From sequence record PX530564.1: a stretch of DNA of 58,765 bases, one strand, 5' to 3'. Numbering within the stretch: position 1 is the first letter of the stretch; each line of letters opens with the position of its first letter. The notes below the pieces were generated by a model. That model was not told the origin of the DNA and made no database searches. It was given only the letters and a program-made list of their open reading frames with translations. Both the position numbers and the translations under genes were made by a program. Of this stretch, positions 52,301 through 58,765 are shown one piece after another. This stretch comes from a phage.

Positions 52301-53111
52301 TGCGCGTCAAGGTATGCTTGGGGACGTTATTAGTTCTACCCTAACAGGTAAGACTACCCGCTGGGAGAAAGAAGGATTCCTTCGTGGTGCCTCCGTAACT
52401 CCTGAGCAGATGGCTGGAATCAAGGCTCTCATCAAGGAACATATGGTACGTGGTGAGGACGGGAAGTTTACCGTTAAGGATAAGCACGCGTTCTCTATGG
52501 ACCCTCGTGCTATGGACTTATGGAGACTGGCTGACAAGGTAGCTGATGAGGCGATGCTGCGTCCACACAAGGTGTCCTTACAGGATTCCCATGCGTTCGG
52601 AGCATTAGGTAAGATGGTCATGCAGTTTAAGTCTTTCACTATCAAGTCCCTTAACTCTAAGTTCCTGCGAACCTTCTACGATGGGTACAAGAACAACCGA
52701 GCGATTGACGCTGCGCTGACTGGTATCATATCTATGGGTCTCGCTGGTGGCTACTACGCTATGGCTGCACACGTCAAAGCATATGGAATGCCTAAGGAGA
52801 AACGTAAAGAGTACTTGGAGCGAGCACTGGACCCAACCATGATTGCCCACGCTTCGTTGTCTCGTAGTTCTCAATTGGGTGCTACTTTGGCTATGGCTGA
52901 CCTAGTTGGTGGCCTGTTCGGGGTTGAGTCCTCAAAGATGGCCCGCTCTACGATTCTGCCTAAAGACACCATGAGGGAGCGTGACCCTAATAAGCCTTAT
53001 ACCTCGTGGGAGGTAATGGGTAATATGGGTTCCAACATTCTTGAACAGATGCCATCGGCTGGATTTGTGGCTAACGTTGGGGCTTCCCTACTTAATCTGC
53101 TGGCGTGGTGA
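49305..53111 (+). CDS. 16: gene 16 internal core protein D, C-terminally truncated by a 1-nt deletion (1268 aa; full length would be about 1318)
   Basis: ORF track; collinear with 21815..25771 until about 53090, where a missing base shifts the frame (..LLNLLAW stop); remaining conserved codons 53100..53260 are out of frame. Confidence 0.85.
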   Translation: MDKYDKNVPSDYDGLFQKAADANGVSYDLLRKVAWTESRFVPTAKSKTGPLGMMQFTKATAKALGLRVTDGPDDDRLNPELAINAAAKHLAGLVGKFDGDELKAALAYNQGEGRLGNPQLEAYSKGDFASISEEGRNYMRNLLDVAKSPMAGQLETFGGITPKGKGIPADVGLAGIDHSQKVTQELPESTSFDVKGIEQEAPAKPFAKDFWETHGETLDEYNSRSTFFGFKNAAEAELSNSVAGMAFRAGRLDNGFDVFKDTITPTRWNSHIWTPEELEKIRTEVKNPAYINVVTGGSPENLDDLIKLANENFENDSLAAEAGLGAKLSAGIIGAGVDPLSYVPMVGVTGKGFKLINKALVVGAESAALNVASEGLRTSVAGGDADYAGAALGGFVFGAGMSAISDAVAAGLKRSKPEAEFDNEFIGPMMRMEARETARNANSADLSRMNTENMKFEGEYKGVPYEELPTEKGAVVLHDGSILSASNPINPKTLKEFSEVDPEKAARGIKLAGFTEIGLKTLGSDDADIRRVAIDLVRSPTGMQSGSSGKYGSTASDIFEKLRGTDQRTYNDLYKAMSDAMKDPEFSTGGAKMSREEARYTIERRVSLAIENPELQKALTPNERIVMDIVKRHYDTKRELMENPAVFGNTKAVSIFPESRHKGTYVPHVYDKYAKALKIQQYGAEGLQEGIARSWMCSYDLRPAVKARIDEALKEMHGVEEVTHDMVYKYAMDKAYGISHSDRFTNSSIIEENIEGLVGIENNSFLEARNLFDSDLAITMPDGQQFSVNDLRDFSMFRIMPAYDRRINGDIAIMGSTGKTTKELKDEILALKAKAEGDGKKTGEVHALMDTVKILTGRARRNQDTVWETSLRAINDLGFFAKNAYMGAQNLTEIAGMIATGNVRALGHGIPILRDTLYKSKPVSAKELKELHASLFGKEVDQLIRPQRADIVQRLREATDTGPVVANIVGTLKYSTQELAARSPWTKLLNGTTNYLLDAARQGMLGDVISSTLTGKTTRWEKEGFLRGASVTPEQMAGIKALIKEHMVRGEDGKFTVKDKHAFSMDPRAMDLWRLADKVADEAMLRPHKVSLQDSHAFGALGKMVMQFKSFTIKSLNSKFLRTFYDGYKNNRAIDAALTGIISMGLAGGYYAMAAHVKAYGMPKEKRKEYLERALDPTMIAHASLSRSSQLGATLAMADLVGGLFGVESSKMARSTILPKDTMRERDPNKPYTSWEVMGNMGSNILEQMPSAGFVANVGASLLNLLAW

Positions 53112-53257
53112 ATGCTCCCAACAAAGCCACTGAGCAGGACTTCATGACTGGCTTGATGAACTCTACCAAGGAGTTAGTACCTAACGACCCTCTTACTCAA
53201 CAGCTTGTGTTGAAGATTTATGAGGCGAATGGTGTTAACTTGAGGGAACGTCGGAAA

Positions 53258-53280
53258 TAATACGACTCACTATAGGGAGA
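53258..53280 (+). promoter_or_regulatory. T7 RNAP class III promoter phi17-like (block E copy)
   Basis: TAATACGACTCACTATAGGGAGA. Confidence 0.9.
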
Positions 53281-53332
53281 GGCGAAAGAATCTTCTCCCT
53301 GTAGTCTCTTAGATTTACTTTAAGGAGGTCAA

Positions 53333-55205
53333 ATGGCTAACGTAATTAAAACCGTTTTGACTTACCAGTTAGATGGCTCCACTCGTGATTTTAATATCCC
53401 GTTTGAGTATCTAGCCCGTAAGTTCGTAGTGGTAACTCTTATTGGTGTAGACCGCAAGGTCCTTACGATTAATACAGACTACCGTTTTGCTACTCGCACT
53501 ACTATCTCACTAACCAAGGCTTGGGGTCCAGCGGATGGATATACTACAATAGAGCTACGTCGAGTAACCTCCACGACCGACCGCTTGGTTGACTTTACGG
53601 ATGGCTCAATCCTCCGTGCGTATGACCTTAACGTCGCTCAGATTCAAACGATGCACGTAGCGGAAGAGGCCCGTGACTTAACTGCGGATACTATCGGTGT
53701 CAATAATGATGGTAACTTGGATGCTCGTGGTCGTCGAATTGTGAACCTAGCGAACGCTGTAGATGACCGTGACGCTGTTCCGTTTGGTCAACTTAAGGCT
53801 ATGAACCAGAACTCATGGCAGGCGCGTAATGAGGCCTTACAGTTCCGTAATGAGGCTGAGACTTTCAGAAATCAAGCGGAGGGCTTTAAGACCGAGTCTG
53901 GCACTAACGCTGCTAATACGAAGCAGTGGCGTGATGAGACCAAAGGTTTCCGAGACGAAGCTGAGCAGTTTAAGAATACTGCTGGTCAATATTCTACATC
54001 CGCTGGGAACTCTGCGACCGCAGCACACCAATCTGAGGTAAACGCTGAGAACTCCGCAACAGCCTCCGCTAACTCTGCCCAGTCAGCAGAACAGCAAGCA
54101 GACCGCGCTAAGGTGGAAGCAGACAAGTTGGGTAACTGGAATGCACTTGCAGGGGCAATTGATAGTGTTGACGGGAACAATGTCATGTTTAAAGGCGACA
54201 TTTAGAACACCTGCAAATATCGTAGGTGGTGGCTTAATCTCCAACGGTTCTGGTCATTTTGAGAAAGGCGTGGCTGTTAAGGGTGAATTAGATGTTGTAG
54301 GGGATGTTTCGGCGCATAAGGATGTGTGGGTAGATGGTGTAGTTGTAGCCAATGGTGGGATACAGCAACATTCAAATCCTAATACCCTTAATGAGGTGTG
54401 GAGGGTGTTTATTAAGGGGGTCCCACTCCATATTGGAAACCGACAAGGTCTTCATCTTGGTTGGAACGAGACCAGTAATGGCGAGTCGTGTTTTGTTACT
54501 AACAAAGGTGCAGGTGGTGGTGGTTTTGTTTTCCGCACGGTAAACTTTGAGAACACTGCTGAGATTGGTCGCGTTACATTCACTGGTAACGGTGGAGTAC
54601 GCGCCTTCGATTTACAAGCAATTAATGGTGCTCGTATTGAGGCTGGGAATAATATAGTTGGTGCGAGCATTTTCTCAGGAATGGGCGCCTGCCAGTTCAA
54701 TACCGAAGGTAACTTGCTGGGAGGTCTATGGAACAGAGTTGGAGGTGACCTATACAACTACCTGTGGAACAAGAGTCACTTTGCTAAGCCACCTGCTGGG
54801 GTTCAATTGTTTACAGGCCGTGGTGGGGACTACCTTGAGGGCCTTGTTGATACTACAGCTGTTGGGTTCCGCTGGTTCAATTCTGACAGAAGGCTTAAAG
54901 AAAACATAAAGGTTGTACGTTCCGCTGATGATATGCTTAAGATTATCCGCTCATACATCCCGGTTTCCTATAAGTATAAGGACTCTGAGTATGTTGATAA
55001 GCGTGGCAGAACGGTAAGCGTTACCGGTAAGAACTCTCGTGCTGGTTTCATTACTCAGGATTTGATTCGAATCTGGCCAGAGGCGGTGGACGTGCTATCC
55101 GATGGTATGCAATCCCCAGACCCTAACCAAATCATCGGTGGACTCATGCTTCTTGTCAAGAATCTTGATGAACGCGTACAGGAGTTGGAGAAAAATAACG
55201 TTTAA
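53333..55205 (+). pseudogene. 17: gene 17 tail fibre split by a 1-nt frameshift near 54200; C-terminal module carries an intramolecular-chaperone (endosialidase-chaperone-like) autocleavage domain
   Basis: ORFs 53333..54205 and 54141..55205; removing one T of the TTT at 54201-54203 joins ..NVMFKGDI to RTPANIVGGG..; C-terminal ..WFNSDRRLKENIKVV.. motif. Confidence 0.8.
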
Positions 55206-55222
55206 GGATAACACTGGATTAG

Positions 55223-55236
55223 GACCAAGGATGGTA
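55223..55236 (+). promoter_or_regulatory. stem-loop upstream of holin gene
   Basis: ACCA-AGGA-TGGT-type hairpin, related to 27926..27943. Confidence 0.3.
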
Positions 55237-55253
55237 TTTAATAAGGAGGATAC

Positions 55254-55457
55254 ATGCTGTCTTTGGATTTCAATAATGAGTTAGTCAAGGCTGCGCCTAT
55301 TGTTGGCACTGGTGTTGCCGATGGTGCTGCGAGGCTTTTCTTCGGGCTGAGTCTTAATGAGTGGTTCTATATTGCTGCTATCGCCTACACAGTGGTTCAG
55401 ATTGGTGCCAAGGTAGTCGATAAGATGATTGACTGGAAGAAAGCCAATAAGGAGTGA
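55254..55457 (+). CDS. 17.5: gene 17.5 holin (67 aa)
   Basis: ORF track; MLSLDFNNELVKAAPIVGTGVADGAARLFFGLSLNEWFYIAAIAYTVVQIGAKVVDKMIDWKKANKE, one transmembrane segment. Confidence 0.9.
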   Translation: MLSLDFNNELVKAAPIVGTGVADGAARLFFGLSLNEWFYIAAIAYTVVQIGAKVVDKMIDWKKANKE

Positions 55458-55462
55458 TATGT

Positions 55463-55732
55463 ATGGAAAAAGATAAGAGCCTCATTACGTTCTTAGAGAT
55501 GTTGGACACTGCGATGGCTCAGCGTATGCTTGCGGACCTTTCGGACCCTGAGCGGCGCTCTCCTCAACTCTATAACGCCATCAACAAACTGTTAGACCGC
55601 CACAAGTTCCAGATTGGTAAGTTGCAGCCGGATGTTCACATCTTAGGTGGCCTTGCTGGTGCTCTTGAAGAGTACAAAGAGAAAGTAGGTGATAACGGTC
55701 TTATGGATGACGATATTTACACATTACAGTGA
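55463..55732 (+). CDS. 18: gene 18 terminase small subunit (89 aa)
   Basis: ATG 55463 (MEKDKSLITFLEMLDTAMAQRMLADLSD..) inside ORF 55454..55732. Confidence 0.88.
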   Translation: MEKDKSLITFLEMLDTAMAQRMLADLSDPERRSPQLYNAINKLLDRHKFQIGKLQPDVHILGGLAGALEEYKEKVGDNGLMDDDIYTLQ

Positions 55733-55774
55733 TATACTCAAGGCCACTACATATAGTGGTCTTTATGGATGTCA
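55729..55774 (+). promoter_or_regulatory. RNase III processing hairpin (R18.5-like)
   Basis: GTGATATACTCAAGGCCACTACATATAGTGGTCTTTATGGATGTC. Confidence 0.4.
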
Positions 55775-55826
55775 TTGTCTACACGAGATGCTCCTACGTG
55801 AAATCTGAAAGTTAACGGGAGGCATT

Positions 55827-56270
55827 ATGCTAGAATTTTTACGTAAGCTAATCCCTTGGGTTCTCGCTGGGATGCTATTCGGATTAGGATGGCATCTAGG
55901 GTCAGACTCAATGGACTCTAAATGGAAACAGGAGGTACACGATGAGTACGTTAAGAGAGTTGAGGCTACGGCGAGCACTCAAAGAGCAATCAATGAAATA
56001 TCGGCTAAGTATCAAGAAGACCTTGCCGCGCTGGAAGGGAGCACTGATAGGATTATTTCTGATTTGCGTAGCGACAATAAGCGGCTGCGCGTCAGAGTCA
56101 AAACTACCGGAACCTCCGATGGTAAGTGTGGATTCGAGCCTGATGGTCGAGCCGAACTTGACGACCGAGATGCTAAACGTATTCTCGCAGTGACCCAGAA
56201 GGGTGACGCATGGATTCGTGCGTTACAGGATACTATTCGTGAACTGCAACGTAAGCAGGAAATCAAGTAA
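55827..56270 (+). CDS. 18.5: gene 18.5 inner-membrane spanin (Rz-like, 147 aa)
   Basis: ORF track; N-terminal transmembrane segment then coiled-coil region. Confidence 0.85.
   Translation: MLEFLRKLIPWVLAGMLFGLGWHLGSDSMDSKWKQEVHDEYVKRVEATASTQRAINEISAKYQEDLAALEGSTDRIISDLRSDNKRLRVRVKTTGTSDGKCGFEPDGRAELDDRDAKRILAVTQKGDAWIRALQDTIRELQRKQEIK
55942..56193 (+). CDS. 18.7: gene 18.7 outer-membrane lipoprotein spanin (Rz1-like, 83 aa) embedded in the +1 frame of 18.5
   Basis: ORF track; signal peptide plus lipobox ..ATISGC; embedded architecture as in T7. Confidence 0.75.
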   Translation: MSTLRELRLRRALKEQSMKYRLSIKKTLPRWKGALIGLFLICVATISGCASESKLPEPPMVSVDSSLMVEPNLTTEMLNVFSQ

Positions 56271-56279
56271 GGAGGCAAT

Positions 56280-58040
56280 GTGTCTACTCAATCCAATCGT
56301 AATGCGCTCGTAGTGGCGCAACTGAAAGGAGACTTCGTGGCGTTCCTGTTCGTCTTATGGAAGGCGTTAAACCTTCCGGTACCCACCAAGTGTCAGATTG
56401 ATATGGCTAAGGTACTGGCGAATGGAGACAACAAGAAGTTCATCCTACAGGCTTTCCGTGGTATCGGTAAGTCGTTCATCACGTGTGCGTTCGTTGTGTG
56501 GTCCTTATGGAGAGACCCTCAGTTGAAGATACTTATCGTATCAGCCTCTAAGGAACGTGCAGACGCTAACTCCATCTTTATTAAGAACATCATTGACCTG
56601 CTCCCGTTCCTAGCTGAGCTAAAGCCAAGACCCGGACAGCGTGATTCTGTAATCAGCTTTGATGTAGGTCCGGCTAACCCTGACCACTCTCCTAGTGTGA
56701 AATCAGTAGGTATCACTGGTCAGTTAACTGGTAGCCGTGCTGACATTATCATTGCGGATGACGTTGAGATTCCGTCTAACAGTGCAACTATGGGTGCCCG
56801 TGAGAAGCTATGGACTCTCGTTCAGGAGTTCGCTGCGTTACTTAAACCGCTGCCTTCCTCTCGCGTTATCTACCTTGGTACACCTCAGACAGAGATGACT
56901 CTCTATAAGGAACTTGAGGATAACCGTGGGTACACAACCATTATCTGGCCTGCCCTGTACCCAAGGACGCGTGAAGAGAACCTCTATTACTCACAGCGTC
57001 TTGCTCCTATGTTACGCGCTGAGTATGATGAGAACCCTGAGGCCCTCGCTGGGACTCCTACAGACCCTGTTCGCTTTGACCGTGATGACCTCCGTGAGCG
57101 TGAGTTGGAATACGGCAAGGCTGGCTTCACACTACAGTTCATGCTTAACCCGAACCTGAGTGATGCCGAGAAGTACCCTCTGAGGCTCCGTGACGCTATC
57201 GTAGCGGCCTTAGACTTAGAGAAGGCCCCAATGCATTACCAGTGGCTTCCGAACCGTCAGAACATCATTGAGGACCTTCCTAACGTTGGCCTTAAGGGTG
57301 ATGACCTTCATACGTATCACGATTGCTCCAACAACTCTGGTCAGTATCAACAGAAGATTCTGGTCATTGACCCTAGTGGTCGCGGTAAGGACGAAACAGG
57401 TTACGCTGTGCTGTACACCCTGAACGGTTATATCTACCTTATGGAAGCTGGAGGTTTCCGTGATGGTTACTCCGATAAGACCCTTGAGTTGCTCGCTAAG
57501 AAGGCCAAGCAGTGGGGAGTCCAGACGGTTGTCTATGAGAGTAACTTCGGTGACGGTATGTTTGGTAAGGTGTTCAGTCCTATCCTTCTTAAACACCACA
57601 ACTGTGCAATGGAAGAGATTCGCGCTCGTGGTATGAAGGAGATGCGTATTTGTGATACCCTTGAGCCAGTCATGCAGACTCACCGCCTTGTCATTCGTGA
57701 TGAGGTCATTCGGGCCGACTACCAGTCCGCTCGTGACGTAGACGGTAAGCATGACGTTAAGTACTCACTGTTCTACCAGATGACCCGTATCACCCGTGAG
57801 AAAGGCGCTCTGGCTCATGATGACCGATTGGATGCCCTTGCGTTAGGCATTGAGTATCTCCGTGAGTCCATGCAGTTGGATTCCATTAAGGTCGAGGGTG
57901 AAGTACTTGCTGACTTCCTTGAGGAACACATGATGCGTCCTACAGTAGCTGCCACGCACATCATTGAGATGTCTGTGGGAGGAGTTGATGTGTACTCTGA
58001 GGACGATGAGGGTTACGGTACGTCTTTCATTGAGTGGTGA
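56280..58040 (+). CDS. 19: gene 19 terminase large subunit (586 aa)
   Basis: ORF track, GTG start after AGGAGG RBS; (M)[53 protein letters not shown].. Confidence 0.95.
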   Translation: MSTQSNRNALVVAQLKGDFVAFLFVLWKALNLPVPTKCQIDMAKVLANGDNKKFILQAFRGIGKSFITCAFVVWSLWRDPQLKILIVSASKERADANSIFIKNIIDLLPFLAELKPRPGQRDSVISFDVGPANPDHSPSVKSVGITGQLTGSRADIIIADDVEIPSNSATMGAREKLWTLVQEFAALLKPLPSSRVIYLGTPQTEMTLYKELEDNRGYTTIIWPALYPRTREENLYYSQRLAPMLRAEYDENPEALAGTPTDPVRFDRDDLRERELEYGKAGFTLQFMLNPNLSDAEKYPLRLRDAIVAALDLEKAPMHYQWLPNRQNIIEDLPNVGLKGDDLHTYHDCSNNSGQYQQKILVIDPSGRGKDETGYAVLYTLNGYIYLMEAGGFRDGYSDKTLELLAKKAKQWGVQTVVYESNFGDGMFGKVFSPILLKHHNCAMEEIRARGMKEMRICDTLEPVMQTHRLVIRDEVIRADYQSARDVDGKHDVKYSLFYQMTRITREKGALAHDDRLDALALGIEYLRESMQLDSIKVEGEVLADFLEEHMMRPTVAATHIIEMSVGGVDVYSEDDEGYGTSFIEW

Positions 58041-58121
58041 TTTATGCATTGAGACTGCATAGGGATGCACTATAGACCACGGATGGTCAGTTCCTTAAGT
58101 TACTGAAAAGACATGATAAAT

Positions 58122-58144
58122 TAATACGACTCACTATAGGGAGA
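58122..58144 (+). promoter_or_regulatory. T7 RNAP promoter phiOR-like
   Basis: TAATACGACTCACTATAGGGAGA after gene 19. Confidence 0.9.
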
Positions 58145-58297
58145 GGAGGGACGAAAGGTTACTATATAGATACTGAATGAATACTTATAGAGTGCATAAA
58201 GTATGCATAGTAGTGTACCTAAAGTGACCTCTAAGAATGGTGATTATATTGTATTAATATCACCTTAACTTAAAGACCAACATAAAGGAGGAGACTC

Positions 58298-58447
58298 ATG
58301 TTCCGCTTATTGTTGAACCTACTGCGGCATAGAGTCACCTACCGCTTTCTTATGGTACTTTGTGCTGCCCTTGGTTACGCAGTTCTTAATGGAGACCTCA
58401 GTTCATTGGAGTCTACCGTTTGCTCTTTACTTACTTGTGTTGATTAA
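58298..58447 (+). CDS. 19.5: gene 19.5 small membrane protein (49 aa)
   Basis: ATG 58298 with AAGGAGG RBS; MFRLLLNLLRHRVTYRFLMVLCAALGYAVLNGDLSSLESTVCSLLTCVD. Confidence 0.7.
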   Translation: MFRLLLNLLRHRVTYRFLMVLCAALGYAVLNGDLSSLESTVCSLLTCVD

Positions 58448-58489
58448 GGTCTTCATAACAGACTGATGGCTCACCGAGGGATTCAGCGG

Positions 58490-58686
58490 TATGATTGCAT
58501 CACACCACTTCATCCCTATAGAGTCAAGTCCTAAAGTATATCCATAAAGAGCCTCTAATGGTCTATCCTAAGGTCTATACCTAAAGATAGGCCATCCTAT
58601 CAGTGTCACCTAAAGAGAGTCCTAGAGAGGGCCTAGGGAGTTCCTAGAGGGTCCTTTAAAATATACCATAAAAATCTGAGTGACTA
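58490..58686 (+). repeat. right-end short-repeat region (CCTAAAG-type heptamers and GAGGGYCCT-type motifs) before the terminal repeat
   Basis: Several CCTAAAG / CTAAAGA copies and CCTAGAGAGGGCCTAGGGAGTTCCTAGAGGGTCCT. Confidence 0.45.
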
Positions 58687-58765
58687 TCTCACAGTGTACG
58701 GACCCAAAGTTCCCCCCATACGGGGTACCTAAAGCCCACCTAAAGTCAACCGAAGGTCCTTAGGG
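58687..58765 (+). repeat. right terminal repeat, first ~79 bp (runs off window end)
   Basis: TCTCACAGTGTACGGACCCAAAGTTCCCCCCATACGGGGTACCTAAAGCCCACC..; differs by substitutions and indels from the repeat copy at 28001. Confidence 0.7.

Overview
The whole window is T7-group podovirus DNA (Teseptimavirus-like), but it is not one colinear genome. Identification rests on more than 20 promoters matching the T7 RNA polymerase consensus TAATACGACTCACTATAGGGAGA, a T-phi-type terminator after the capsid gene, T7-order genes all on the + strand, and an 883-aa single-subunit RNA polymerase. Comparison with T7 is from memory, not a database search. The window is 58.8 kb against a roughly 40 kb unit genome and splits into five blocks joined at four abrupt junctions. 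Block A (1..~28000) is an internally consistent class II/III region, gene 1.5 to gene 17 plus the first 13 codons of holin gene 17.5, with no frameshifts. Block B (28001..40530) starts inside a terminal repeat and runs through the left-end repeats, phiOL, sigma70-type early promoters and genes 0.3 to 4, with gene 4 cut at codon 485. Block C (40531..~42768) is a second, non-identical early-region fragment (promoter block, genes 0.3 to 0.7) sitting inside gene 4. Block D (~42769..48720) resumes gene 4 about 40 bp downstream of where block B left it and runs to gene 6.7. Block E (48721..58765) jumps to the 3' end of gene 15 and runs through genes 16 to 19.5 into the right terminal repeat. Blocks B to E are about 90-98% identical to block A where they overlap, lack every head and tail gene from 7 to 14, and carry three 1-nt frameshifts, so they cannot be a viable phage as written. 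The window is therefore either a chimeric or collapsed assembly of several co-occurring T7-like phages, or a heavily rearranged defective genome; the sequence alone cannot decide. Accessory content worth attention: three free-standing homing-endonuclease genes (one Endo VII-type, two HNH), two different tail-fibre receptor-binding modules, and two unknown ORFs (75 aa after gene 5; 125 aa after the block-A tail fibre). No tRNA, rRNA, CRISPR array, integrase or transposase was found.
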